Of a stretch of DNA of 64,000 nt, positions 10,005 to 19,633 are shown in pieces. Every line of letters begins with the position of its first letter. The stretch's first letter is position 1. The translations under genes were made by a program, and so were the position numbers. Below the pieces are notes generated by a model. It was not told the origin of the DNA and made no database searches. It saw nothing but the letters and a program-made list of their open reading frames with translations. Origin of the DNA: Candidatus Planktophila sp. GTDB taxonomy: Bacteria > Actinomycetota > Actinomycetes > Nanopelagicales > Nanopelagicaceae. The DNA is taken from assembly GCA_044377285.1 (NCBI GenBank), contig JBILJK010000001.1, forward strand, positions 5,231 through 69,230, written 5' to 3'.

Positions 10005-11185
10005 TCGATTTTAATGATTCAGCCTTTGTAACTAACCCATACCCGGCGCTGAAAGAACTTCGTGCTGCAGGCGAACCTGTATGGCATGAAGGAATGCAGA
10101 TGTTTCTAGCCGCTCGACATTGTGACGCTAATGATGTCTTTCGCAATAAATCGCTAGGCAGAATATTTACCGAAAAAACTCCACAATTTGAATGGGAAAT
10201 TTTTAATTGGTTACATGCTGATTCAATTCTAGATAGCGAGCCACCTAAGCACACTCGACTTCGTTCACTTGTTGCAAAAGCTTTTAACCGTCAAAAGATT
10301 GAAGGTATGCGACCTGCTGTCGGTCGTATCACCAATCAATTACTTGACTCAATTGATGAAAAGGTTAAATCAGGTCAGACATTTGATCTAATCGCTGATT
10401 ACGCCGAACCATTGCCAGTAAAAATTATCGCTGACTTATTGGGTTTCCCAGAATCTGAAGAGCACTTACTTAGACCATGGTCACAAGCTATTGTAAAAAT
10501 GTATGAAGTAAATCCAACTCTGCAATACCAAGTTGAGGCGAAGATTGCTGCGCGAGAGTTTGCAGATTATGTAAAGAATTTGGCTGAAAGCCGCAAGAAG
10601 ATGCCGGGTGTAGATTTGATTTCAGATCTTGCATCCGTTGAAGAAAATGGTGAAAAGCTAAACATGCATGAGCTAGTTGCGACATGCGTGCTGCTTCTAA
10701 ACGCAGGTCACGAGGCAAGTGTCAACGCATTTGGTAATGGAATGGTTGCTGCCCTTCAGCGGCCCGATCAAGTTGCTTTACTTCGCGATAATCCGCGTGG
10801 CATAACCGATACCGCCCTTGAAGAGTTCATGCGATTTGATGCGCCACTGCATTTGTTTGAACGAACAGCGACAGCAGATACCGAACTTGGGGGAGTGCAG
10901 ATCAAGCAAGGACAAAAGATTGCTGCCCTTATTGGTTCTGCAAACCGGGATGAAACAGTGTTTTCACGCCCAGATTTAATGGATTTAACCCGTGATCCCA
11001 ACCCGCACATTGGTTTTGGGGCGGGCATTCACTTCTGCCTCGGTGCACCTTTAGCTCGACTTGAAATGAGTGTTTCTTTGCCGGCTCTGTGGGAAAAATA
11101 TCCCACTATGCAATTAGCAGGAGATGCTATTCGCAGACCAACATTTGTTTTGCGGGGTTATGAAAGCGTAGCAATCTCTGCTTGA
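10001..11185 (+). CDS. Cytochrome P450 (CYP107-clan-like)
   Basis: EPPKHTRLR, I-helix NAGHEAS, EEFMR (ExxR), heme motif FGAGIHFCLG; ATGA overlap with add. Confidence 0.97.
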   Translation: MIDFNDSAFVTNPYPALKELRAAGEPVWHEGMQMFLAARHCDANDVFRNKSLGRIFTEKTPQFEWEIFNWLHADSILDSEPPKHTRLRSLVAKAFNRQKIEGMRPAVGRITNQLLDSIDEKVKSGQTFDLIADYAEPLPVKIIADLLGFPESEEHLLRPWSQAIVKMYEVNPTLQYQVEAKIAAREFADYVKNLAESRKKMPGVDLISDLASVEENGEKLNMHELVATCVLLLNAGHEASVNAFGNGMVAALQRPDQVALLRDNPRGITDTALEEFMRFDAPLHLFERTATADTELGGVQIKQGQKIAALIGSANRDETVFSRPDLMDLTRDPNPHIGFGAGIHFCLGAPLARLEMSVSLPALWEKYPTMQLAGDAIRRPTFVLRGYESVAISA

Positions 11186-12069
11186 TGTGGGTAAGAAGAT
11201 TGCGCACCCTTTCTGGTAACACTTAAAGATGCAACTTTAATTCCTAAAGTCATTGCGGTCACTGGATCTTGTCCACTAGCAATTGAGTAGGCAAATGCCC
11301 CAACAAAAGCATCACCGGCACCTGTCGTATCCACCGCCGTAACTTTTGGTGCAGCTACATTAATTAATTGTCCATCAGCTGGAATAAAAACTGCACCTTG
11401 GCTACCAAGAGTGACAATTGAATTTTTACCAGGCCTAAAACTTTTTAGAATCTCCTCATTTGTTGGTAATTCTCCATATAGCTCACGGAATTCGGTCTCA
11501 TTTGGAATAATCCAATCACAAAGCGCCAAAAGATCAGTTGAAATCTCTTGATATGGAGCAGGATTTAAAATAGTTATGCATCCACGTGCTTTGGCCGCTT
11601 TGAATGAAGCAAGGGTTACTTCTTGCTTGATTTCGCATTGAGCAACTACAACAGCCAAGTTCTTTATTGAATCTATTGCTGCTACCGCTCTAGAAACTTC
11701 GATCTCATTATTTGCGCCCGGAATTATAATAATCCGATTCTCACCATTGCCATCAACGCAGATATGAGCAATCCCAGTTGCCGTTTCACTTCGATCAACA
11801 CATTGTGAATTAATCCCAACTTTTACAAAGTTGTCTGCAATTGCATTTCCGAAAACATCCTTACCTAACTTGCCAATAAAGTGAACCTGGGCACCGCAGT
11901 GAGCCGCCATGACCGCTTGATTTGCACCCTTGCCACCAAAACCTGTTGTAAACAGTTGACCCGCTAGGGTTTGGCCAGGTTCAGGCAGTACATCGGCATA
12001 GGCAGTTAAATCCATCATTGCACTGCCTACAACTGCAATAACTCCAGACTTGATTCCATTGGCGGTCAT
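11158..12069 (-). CDS. rbsK: Ribokinase/deoxyribokinase (PfkB family)
   Basis: GGKGANQA, NPAP, PNETE, DTTGAGDAF. Confidence 0.9.
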   Translation of the reverse strand: MTANGIKSGVIAVVGSAMMDLTAYADVLPEPGQTLAGQLFTTGFGGKGANQAVMAAHCGAQVHFIGKLGKDVFGNAIADNFVKVGINSQCVDRSETATGIAHICVDGNGENRIIIIPGANNEIEVSRAVAAIDSIKNLAVVVAQCEIKQEVTLASFKAAKARGCITILNPAPYQEISTDLLALCDWIIPNETEFRELYGELPTNEEILKSFRPGKNSIVTLGSQGAVFIPADGQLINVAAPKVTAVDTTGAGDAFVGAFAYSIASGQDPVTAMTLGIKVASLSVTRKGAQSSYPHQAEIATLS

Positions 12070-12087
12070 AGCAGTAGGCTAGCCGTT
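12070..12087. promoter_or_regulatory. Bidirectional leaderless promoter
   Basis: TAGGCTA at 12075-12081: TAGGCT 7 nt before ATG 12088 (+); TAGCCT 6 nt before ATG 12069 (-); no SD either side. Confidence 0.7.
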
Positions 12088-13032
12088 ATGACCAAAACTT
12101 CAATCATTATGGATGTAGATACTGGCGTAGATGACGCCTTCGCTGTTTTATTTGCAGCGATGCATCCCGACATTAATTTGCTAGGTATTACCTGCGTCGA
12201 TGGAAATACCAATGTTGATCAGGTTGTGGCAAATACATTTAAGGTCCTGGATGCAGCAGATGCAGGAGACATTCCTGTTGCACGAGGTGCGGTCCGTCCA
12301 CTATTAGGCAAGAGCCAGTACGCAGAGTATGTGCACGGTAAAGATGGAATGTGTGATCTTGGGATTGCACCATCACATCGCATAGTTGACCCCCGATCAG
12401 CGGTTGAACTACTCCGGGACCTCATTGAGTCATCAGCAGATCCTGTAACAATTGTCCCGATCGCACCATTAACAAATATCGCATTGTTCTTGCGAGCATT
12501 TCCTGAAACTGCCAAAAAGATCCATCGCATCGTCTTGATGGGTGGTTCAGCAGCTGCTGGTAATGCAACTGCGGCTGCAGAATTTAACGTGTGGCACGAT
12601 CCTGAAGCTGCCGCAATTGTTTTTCAAAGCGGAGTTCCTATTTCAATGTACGGGCTAGATGTTTTCATGCGTCCAACAATTGGTCGAGCGGATGCAACTT
12701 CTATGAGTAAATCAGAAAAGCCTTCTTCGCAATTTGCAGGATCGCTTGCACTTGGATTTATGGAGCAGGTTAAAACAGATCCAATATCTTTAGGTGATTA
12801 CGGCGCACTTGCATTAGTAATCCATCCAGAGCTCTTTACAACCGAGATGTTTGATGTTGTGGTTGATACATCAGCTGGCCCTGCACGTGGTCAAACTATT
12901 GTGGATCGACGAGATGCTTGGCTGAAGCAGTTAGAGCCACTTGACCTAGAGGATTCAGCAAAAGTACGCGTAGCTCTTGATCTAGATGTTGCTGCGGTTG
13001 TGCAATTGTGGCTAAAAACCATTAATTCATAG
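12088..13032 (+). CDS. Nucleoside hydrolase (IU-NH family, atypical)
   Basis: DVDTGVDD, GN, HGKDG, PLTNIA, AEFNVWHDPEA; LGD in place of the usual HD. Confidence 0.93.
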   Translation: MTKTSIIMDVDTGVDDAFAVLFAAMHPDINLLGITCVDGNTNVDQVVANTFKVLDAADAGDIPVARGAVRPLLGKSQYAEYVHGKDGMCDLGIAPSHRIVDPRSAVELLRDLIESSADPVTIVPIAPLTNIALFLRAFPETAKKIHRIVLMGGSAAAGNATAAAEFNVWHDPEAAAIVFQSGVPISMYGLDVFMRPTIGRADATSMSKSEKPSSQFAGSLALGFMEQVKTDPISLGDYGALALVIHPELFTTEMFDVVVDTSAGPARGQTIVDRRDAWLKQLEPLDLEDSAKVRVALDLDVAAVVQLWLKTINS

Positions 13033-13869
13033 CCCTATTGGATGCCAAACAGTCTTAGCTTCCATAAAGGCAACAATGCGACCAGGATCTGCTGACTTAA
13101 AAGAATGAATTCGCTTCAAGTTTTCAGCTCCAGCAACCTTGATCTCAGCATGCTTCTTTGACGGTAGTCCAGAAATATCTAAGGCATCGATATCCATGTG
13201 AGATGCCATCCATGGGGCAATTTCATCCTTTTTGCCTGTCAGAATATTGATAACACCTGCAGGTAGATCACTAGTTGCTAGAACTTCAGCAAATGTCATT
13301 GCAGACAATGGCGCTTTAGTACTTGCCAGAACAACAACTGTATTTCCAGAGGTAATGATTGGTGCAATTGCATCAATTAACCCAAGTAGCGAAGGAGATT
13401 CAGGAGCGATTGCCGCTACGACTCCCATACTTTCTGGAATCGTAAAGTTGTAGAAAGGACCAGCAACTGGATTAGTAGATCCTGCAAGAGAAGCAATTTT
13501 ATCTGTCCACCCTGCATACCAAACAAGACGATCAATAGCTTCAGTTACTTCTTTGTCTGCCTTTATCTTTGTTACCCCAGTGACATTTATAATTTCTTCC
13601 ACAAATTGTCCACGACGGCCTTCAAGCATTTCAGCAATACGATACAGAATCTGTCCACGGTTATATGCAGTGGCTTTATTCCATCCTGTATGTGCTGCGC
13701 GTGCTGCAACAACGGCATCTCGCAAATCTTTACGAGATGCAAGGCATGGGTTTGCAACAAATACACCTTTTGCATTTTTAACTTCGTAGGTACGACCTGA
13801 TTCCGTGCGAGGGAAAGCACCATTTATATATAGCTTGTAGGTTTTCTTCACATCAATGCGGTTACTCAT
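13027..13869 (-). CDS. Short aldehyde-dehydrogenase-like protein (Rossmann domain only, no catalytic domain)
   Basis: KTYKLYING, RGQILYRIAEMLE, GVINILTG, KTVWHP; lacks ELGGK and catalytic Cys. Confidence 0.9.
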   Translation of the reverse strand: MSNRIDVKKTYKLYINGAFPRTESGRTYEVKNAKGVFVANPCLASRKDLRDAVVAARAAHTGWNKATAYNRGQILYRIAEMLEGRRGQFVEEIINVTGVTKIKADKEVTEAIDRLVWYAGWTDKIASLAGSTNPVAGPFYNFTIPESMGVVAAIAPESPSLLGLIDAIAPIITSGNTVVVLASTKAPLSAMTFAEVLATSDLPAGVINILTGKKDEIAPWMASHMDIDALDISGLPSKKHAEIKVAGAENLKRIHSFKSADPGRIVAFMEAKTVWHPIGL

Positions 13870-15313
13870 GGCTAACTCCCTTCAAATAAGCAGCCAGGCC
13901 GTGGCGTCCGCCTTCGCGACCCCACCCCGATTCCTTATATCCGCCAAATGGTGAAGTCGGATCAAACTTGTTAAAGGTATTAGCCCAAATAACGCCTGCG
14001 CGAAGCTGTTGTGATGCCCACAATGTGCGAGAACCTTTTTCACTCCAGATGCCAGCGGATAGACCAAAGGGGGTGTTGTTTGCCTTTTCTATGGCCTCGG
14101 CAGGTGTTCTAAATGTTAAAACCGAGAGAACTGGACCAAAGATTTCCTCACGTGCAATTCGATGTGCCTGTGTGACGCCAGTAAAGATTGTCGGTGCAAA
14201 CCAGAATCCCTTACTTGGCAGCTTACATTCAGGACTCCAGCGTTCTGCGCCTTCTAAATCGCCAACGGCGGCGAGCTCAATAATTTTTGCAAGTTGTTCC
14301 TTGCTATTGATCGCACCAACATCAGTGTTCTTATCCATTGGATCGCCCACACGAATCTTTTCCATTCGGTTCTTGAGCTTATGCAAAACTTCTTCAGCTA
14401 CATTTTCTTGTAACAATAAGCGAGAGCCCGCGCAACATACATGTCCTTGATTGAAGAAGATGCCATTAACAATTCCTTCAACAGTCTCATCAATTGGCGC
14501 ATCATCAAAAACAATATTGGCGGCCTTGCCACCGAGTTCTAAGGTAACGCTCTTGTTGGTTGGGGCAACAGCGCGAGCAATAATCTTTCCAACTTCAGTT
14601 GATCCAGTAAATGCAATCTTATCGATACCTGGATGGTTAACAATTAATGCACCTGTTGATCCATCACCTGTAATAATGTTTACTACACCCGCTGGAAGTT
14701 CTGCCTGCTGGCAAACTTCTGCAAACAGCAACGCTGTAAGTGGTGTTGATTCAGCTGGCTTTAGTACAACTGTGTTTCCAGCAGCAAGTGCTGGTGCAAC
14801 CTTCCATGCCAACATCAATAAGGGAAAGTTCCAAGGAATAATCTGTCCTGCAACACCTAGTGGCTTTGGAGATGTGCCAAGACCAGCGTATTCCAGCTTG
14901 TCTGCCCATCCTGCATGATAGAAAAAGTGAGCCGCGGCCAATGGAATATCGGTATCACGTGACTCACGAATCGGTTTACCGTTATCTAGAGTTTCAAGTA
15001 CTGCAAATTCACGTGCACGCTCTTGCATGATGCGAGCGATGCGATACAAATACTTTCCGCGCTCTTTGCCTGACATCTTTGACCAGATGTTTGTATATGC
15101 CTTGCGTGCCGCTTTTACCGCTGCATCAACATCTGCTTTACCGGCAAGTGCGATCTGGCTTAGTACCTCTTCAGTTGCTGGGTTAATTGTTGGAAAGTGC
15201 TTGCCGCCTGCAACAAATTTCCCTCCGATGAAGTGTCCATACTTAGGCTTGATCGTGACAATTGCGCGAGATTCTGGCGCTGGGGCGTATTCGAAGGTCA
15301 TAGTCGTCTCCAT
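13862..15313 (-). CDS. Aldehyde dehydrogenase (catalytic subunit)
   Basis: PWNFP, FTGST, LELGGK, FNQGHVCCAGSR, EEIFGPV, PFGGYKESG. Confidence 0.96.
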   Translation of the reverse strand: METTMTFEYAPAPESRAIVTIKPKYGHFIGGKFVAGGKHFPTINPATEEVLSQIALAGKADVDAAVKAARKAYTNIWSKMSGKERGKYLYRIARIMQERAREFAVLETLDNGKPIRESRDTDIPLAAAHFFYHAGWADKLEYAGLGTSPKPLGVAGQIIPWNFPLLMLAWKVAPALAAGNTVVLKPAESTPLTALLFAEVCQQAELPAGVVNIITGDGSTGALIVNHPGIDKIAFTGSTEVGKIIARAVAPTNKSVTLELGGKAANIVFDDAPIDETVEGIVNGIFFNQGHVCCAGSRLLLQENVAEEVLHKLKNRMEKIRVGDPMDKNTDVGAINSKEQLAKIIELAAVGDLEGAERWSPECKLPSKGFWFAPTIFTGVTQAHRIAREEIFGPVLSVLTFRTPAEAIEKANNTPFGLSAGIWSEKGSRTLWASQQLRAGVIWANTFNKFDPTSPFGGYKESGWGREGGRHGLAAYLKGVSHE

Positions 15314-16260
15314 TAATCCATCGTCACATACTGAGGGCTAGTGTAATAACCATCATCCATCTTCATGCGCTGCATCAATAGATCATTGAGCAATGCACTG
15401 GCTCCGATACGAAAGAGTTTCGGATTGAGCCAATCTGGTCCAACAGTTTCATTGACCAAAACTAATTGCTTGATTGCATCTTTGGTATTTCGGATTCCAC
15501 CCGCAGGCTTAACTCCGATTCGTACCTGAGTCATCTCATAAAAGTCGCGAACAGCTTCGAGCATCACAAGAACAACTGGGGGAGTTGCAGCAGGTGCAAC
15601 TTTGCCCGTGGATGTCTTAATAAAGTCTGCGCCGGCTGCCATTGCCAGAAAGGATGCTTTACGCACATTGTCATAAGTGACTAACTCACCAGTTTCGAAA
15701 ATAACCTTTAAATGTGCTTTATCGCCACATACCTGGCGGATCTGAACTATTTCATTAAATACATCGATGTAGCGGCCTGCAAGAAATGCGCCGCGATCAA
15801 TCACCATATCGATTTCTGCTGCACCGGCATCAATGGCATCTTGAGTATCTTGGATCTTTACCGCCATTGATGCACGACCTGAAGGAAAAGCAGTTGAAAC
15901 CGCTGCTACTGGGACATGCTGGCCACCAATTAAATCTAGATGTGTACGAGCCACCCCGACCATATCGTTGTAAACACAGACTGCACCAACACTCGGAACC
16001 GTCGAATCTGTTGGGTCTGGCCGGACAGCCTTTGTACACAAAGCTTTCACTTTGCCAGGAGTATCTGCACCTTCAAGAGTTGTTAAATCAACCATCTTAA
16101 TCGCTGTATCAATTGCCCAGCGCTTAGATGTTGTTTTAATGCTTCTGGTTGCAAGCATTGCCGCGCGAGTTTCAGCGCCAACCTGATCTACACCGGAAAG
16201 CTTACCGAGGTAACTCTTTAGTGAGGCATCAGTGCCATCAACTAAACCATAAAAACTCAC
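15313..16260 (-). CDS. deoC: Deoxyribose-phosphate aldolase (long type)
   Basis: VDLTTLEG, AFPSG, EIDMVI, FIKTSTGK, KPAGGIR, FRIGAS. Confidence 0.97.
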   Translation of the reverse strand: MSFYGLVDGTDASLKSYLGKLSGVDQVGAETRAAMLATRSIKTTSKRWAIDTAIKMVDLTTLEGADTPGKVKALCTKAVRPDPTDSTVPSVGAVCVYNDMVGVARTHLDLIGGQHVPVAAVSTAFPSGRASMAVKIQDTQDAIDAGAAEIDMVIDRGAFLAGRYIDVFNEIVQIRQVCGDKAHLKVIFETGELVTYDNVRKASFLAMAAGADFIKTSTGKVAPAATPPVVLVMLEAVRDFYEMTQVRIGVKPAGGIRNTKDAIKQLVLVNETVGPDWLNPKLFRIGASALLNDLLMQRMKMDDGYYTSPQYVTMD

Positions 16261-17873
16261 GATAACAATTCCTTAAGCGGTGGTCGCATTTGATCCAATA
16301 CTACTTGAGCGGTTTTGGAATCCTTTTCAATTACCTCAATGTAACACTTCATCTTTGCTTCAGTGCCGCTGGGACGAATAATTATTCGAACTCCACCATC
16401 TAGCCAAATTCTTAAACCGTCAGTTGGTGGTAATCCATCTGTCGGGGCGGCTAGGTCATCAATCGATGTAACCGTACGGCCTGCAATACTTTGTGGTGGA
16501 TTTTTACGCAGCCCGCCAAGAATCACATTCACTTTTGAGAGATCACTTAGGCGGATAGAAATCTGTTCGGTTCCGTGGAAGCCATGGCGTTCCCAAATTT
16601 CATCTAACAAATCCAGAACAGTTTTTCCGTCTGCTGCGAGGTCAGTTGCTATTTGCGCCAAAGTTATTGCTGCAGAGATACCATCTTTATCATTGACGGT
16701 CTTTGCATCAACTGCATAACCAAGTGCTTCTTCATAGCCAAAAGTTAAATCCTTTATTTTTGCAAGCCATTTGAAGCCAGTCAGAGTTTCTTTGAATTCG
16801 AGTTTGTGATGCTCTGCTATTTTCTTCAGAATTGACGAGGAAACAATTGAATTAGCAAAAACTCCACCAGTAGCTGTTCGAGCTATGTATTCACCCAAAA
16901 GTGCCCCTAATTCATCGCCTCTGAGCATTCGCCAACCAGTTGCAGGATCCTTAACAGCAGCTGCACATCGATCTGCATCCGGATCATTTGCAATTACTAA
17001 ATCTGCATCAAAAATCCTGGCTGTTTCAAGTGCTAAATCAATTGCACCAGGTTCTTCGGGATTTGGAAAAGCAACTGTTGGAAAATCAGGATCCGGTGCA
17101 GCCTGTGCATCAACCAAGATTGGTGCTAAGAATCCAGCTTTGTGGAAAACGCGTTGAAGGGTTTCTGTACCAACGCCGTGCATCGCGGTGTAAACAATTT
17201 TCAGTGCGCCTGGGCTAGTCGCAAGGGACGCGGTGCGTTGGATGTATTTTTCAATTACATCTTCGCCCAATACTGTCCATGTCTTTCCACGCGGTTGAGC
17301 CTTAAGAGATGTGATTGCATCAATAGCTTGCGCCATTGAAACATCAGTCGGCGAAACAATCTGAGATCCGCGATATTCAATTCCATCTACGGTGCCACCG
17401 AGATAAACCTTGTATCCATTATCTTGTGGCGGGTTATGACTTGCCGTAACCATGATGCCGACATCGCACCCTAATTCATTAGTCGCAAATGCTAAAACTG
17501 GGGTTGGTAGTGGCCGCGGTAACACAAAAACTTTCATACCGGCACCACTCATAATTTCTGCGGTTTCAAATGTGTAATCTTCAGATCCATACCGTGCATC
17601 ACGACCGATAACAACAGAAGTTAAGTTGCGCTCTTTCATGTAAGAAACAATTCCAGATGCGGCACGACCTACGACCGCTCGATTCATTCCAGATGGACCG
17701 GGGCGATTAGGGCCACGCAAACCTGCAGTACCAAATTGTAAAAAGCCATTAAAAGATGCCCGAAGTTCACCTTCATTGTTGGTGTCTAGCCACTGCTGTA
17801 ATTGAGAAGCTGTAACTGGATCTGGATCATCTGCTATCCAAGCCTGAATTTCGGCCTCTAATGATTGATCCAT
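16257..17873 (-). CDS. Phospho-sugar mutase (PmmB/PGM2-like, probable phosphopentomutase)
   Basis: FGTAGLRG, TASHNP, DPDADR, YEEALG, RPSGTE; start revised to MDQSL (TACTCT 6 nt upstream). Confidence 0.9.
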   Translation of the reverse strand: MDQSLEAEIQAWIADDPDPVTASQLQQWLDTNNEGELRASFNGFLQFGTAGLRGPNRPGPSGMNRAVVGRAASGIVSYMKERNLTSVVIGRDARYGSEDYTFETAEIMSGAGMKVFVLPRPLPTPVLAFATNELGCDVGIMVTASHNPPQDNGYKVYLGGTVDGIEYRGSQIVSPTDVSMAQAIDAITSLKAQPRGKTWTVLGEDVIEKYIQRTASLATSPGALKIVYTAMHGVGTETLQRVFHKAGFLAPILVDAQAAPDPDFPTVAFPNPEEPGAIDLALETARIFDADLVIANDPDADRCAAAVKDPATGWRMLRGDELGALLGEYIARTATGGVFANSIVSSSILKKIAEHHKLEFKETLTGFKWLAKIKDLTFGYEEALGYAVDAKTVNDKDGISAAITLAQIATDLAADGKTVLDLLDEIWERHGFHGTEQISIRLSDLSKVNVILGGLRKNPPQSIAGRTVTSIDDLAAPTDGLPPTDGLRIWLDGGVRIIIRPSGTEAKMKCYIEVIEKDSKTAQVVLDQMRPPLKELLS

Positions 17874-17914
17874 GTGCCTAGAGTAACTTCGCGGCAAAGC
17901 TTTGAGAAGTCAGG

Positions 17915-19633
17915 CTATTTATCAATAATGTCACAGAGATTAGTTCCACTTGAAACAGTGGTTCCAATGACTGCCGTCAGATTAGAGATTATGCCCGCCT
18001 TGTGGGCAGTGAGTGGCTGCTCCATTTTCATTGCTTCAAGAACAAAGACCAAGTCACCAACTTCGACGTGTGCACCTTCTTCTACTGCAATTTTAACAAC
18101 AGTGCCTTGCATGGGACTAGTAAGCCCAGAGCCACTTGATCCACCAGTCATAGTTTGTTTTGCACGATGCCGCTTTATAACAGGCTTTGGTGCATGAACA
18201 AGAATTTCAAATCGCTTTCCATTAACTTCGGTAACAAGATATTCGGGAGCTATATGAGTTTCAAGAGGTGGCTCAGTGAATGTAAATGCTGGAATCTGAT
18301 TATCAAATTCATTTTCAATATAACTTGTATATACCTTGAAATTCTTTGTGTATGCAGGATCTTCAAGAATTGCACGATGAAATGGAATCGCAGTTGCTAA
18401 TCCGCCAACTGTGAATTCAGATAGTGCTCGGCGAGCACGGTCAATTGCTTGTTCGCGAGTCGCGCCGGTAACAATCAGCTTGGCAAGCAGGGAATCGAAG
18501 TTGCCACCAATAGCGTCGCCGCCTTGGAAACCTGCATCGACTCGAACACCAGGTCCAGTTGGAATTTTCCAATCAGTAATGCGACCAGGTGCAGGCAAGA
18601 AAGAACGACCAGGATCTTCGCCATTGATTCGAAATTCAATTGAGTGTCCACGAATCACAGGATCATCAAATCCAAGTGCCTCACCATCTGCGATACGGAA
18701 CTGTTCGCGCACAAGATCAAGCCCAGTTACTTCTTCACTGACAGGATGCTCAACTTGCAAACGCGTATTTACTTCAAGAAATGAAATTGTTCCATCTACA
18801 CCAATCAAGAACTCACACGTTCCTGCACCAACGTAGCCGGCTTCTTTCATGATTGCTTTACTAGAACGATAGAGCTCATCACTTTGAGCTTGTGTCAAAA
18901 ATGGTGCAGGAGCTTCTTCCACAAGTTTTTGATGTCGACGCTGCAATGAACAATCACGAGTACTAACGACAACCGCATGGCCTTGTTTATCAACTAAGAC
19001 CTGTGTTTCAACATGTCGCGGCTTGTCTAAATAGCGCTCTACGAAGCACTCACCACGACCAAATCCCGATATTGCTTCTCGTACAGCAGATGCAAATAAC
19101 TCTGGAATCTCCTCCATAGTTCGTGCAACCTTTAAGCCACGTCCACCGCCACCATGAGCAGCTTTAATTGCAACAGGCAATCCATGTTCCTTTGCAAATG
19201 CAGTTACCTCTTCGTGGCCCTCGACAGGATCTTGTGTACCTGCAACAAGTGGAGCACCAGCTTTTGCCGCAATCTTTCGTGCAGAAACCTTGTCACCTAA
19301 TGCACGAATTGCATCTGGTGGTGGTCCAATCCACGTAAGGCCTGCGTCAATAACTGCTTGAGCAAAATGTGCATTCTCTGAAAGAAATCCATATCCAGGG
19401 TGAACTGCATCTGCGCCAGATTCTTTAGCAACAGCAATTAATTTTTCAATGTCTAAATAAGTTTGCGTAGCTGTGGTGCCATGGAGTGAATAGGCAGCAT
19501 CTGCCATCTGCGTATGAAGTGATGTGCGATCTTCATCTGAATACACCGCAACGCTTTCAATGCCATGATCCTTGCAGGCACGGATAATGCGGACTGCAAT
19601 TTCGCCACGGTTAGCAATAAGTACCCGTTTCAT
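17915..19633 (-). CDS. accA: Acetyl/propionyl-CoA carboxylase alpha subunit (biotin carboxylase + BCCP)
   Basis: [42 protein letters not shown]; start revised to MKRVL. Confidence 0.96.
   Translation of the reverse strand: MKRVLIANRGEIAVRIIRACKDHGIESVAVYSDEDRTSLHTQMADAAYSLHGTTATQTYLDIEKLIAVAKESGADAVHPGYGFLSENAHFAQAVIDAGLTWIGPPPDAIRALGDKVSARKIAAKAGAPLVAGTQDPVEGHEEVTAFAKEHGLPVAIKAAHGGGGRGLKVARTMEEIPELFASAVREAISGFGRGECFVERYLDKPRHVETQVLVDKQGHAVVVSTRDCSLQRRHQKLVEEAPAPFLTQAQSDELYRSSKAIMKEAGYVGAGTCEFLIGVDGTISFLEVNTRLQVEHPVSEEVTGLDLVREQFRIADGEALGFDDPVIRGHSIEFRINGEDPGRSFLPAPGRITDWKIPTGPGVRVDAGFQGGDAIGGNFDSLLAKLIVTGATREQAIDRARRALSEFTVGGLATAIPFHRAILEDPAYTKNFKVYTSYIENEFDNQIPAFTFTEPPLETHIAPEYLVTEVNGKRFEILVHAPKPVIKRHRAKQTMTGGSSGSGLTSPMQGTVVKIAVEEGAHVEVGDLVFVLEAMKMEQPLTAHKAGIISNLTAVIGTTVSSGTNLCDIIDK

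Noticed and set aside
13027-13869. ALDH pseudogene
   Set aside because: Intact ORF with SD, overlap with the upstream gene and a proper C-terminal oligomerisation strand
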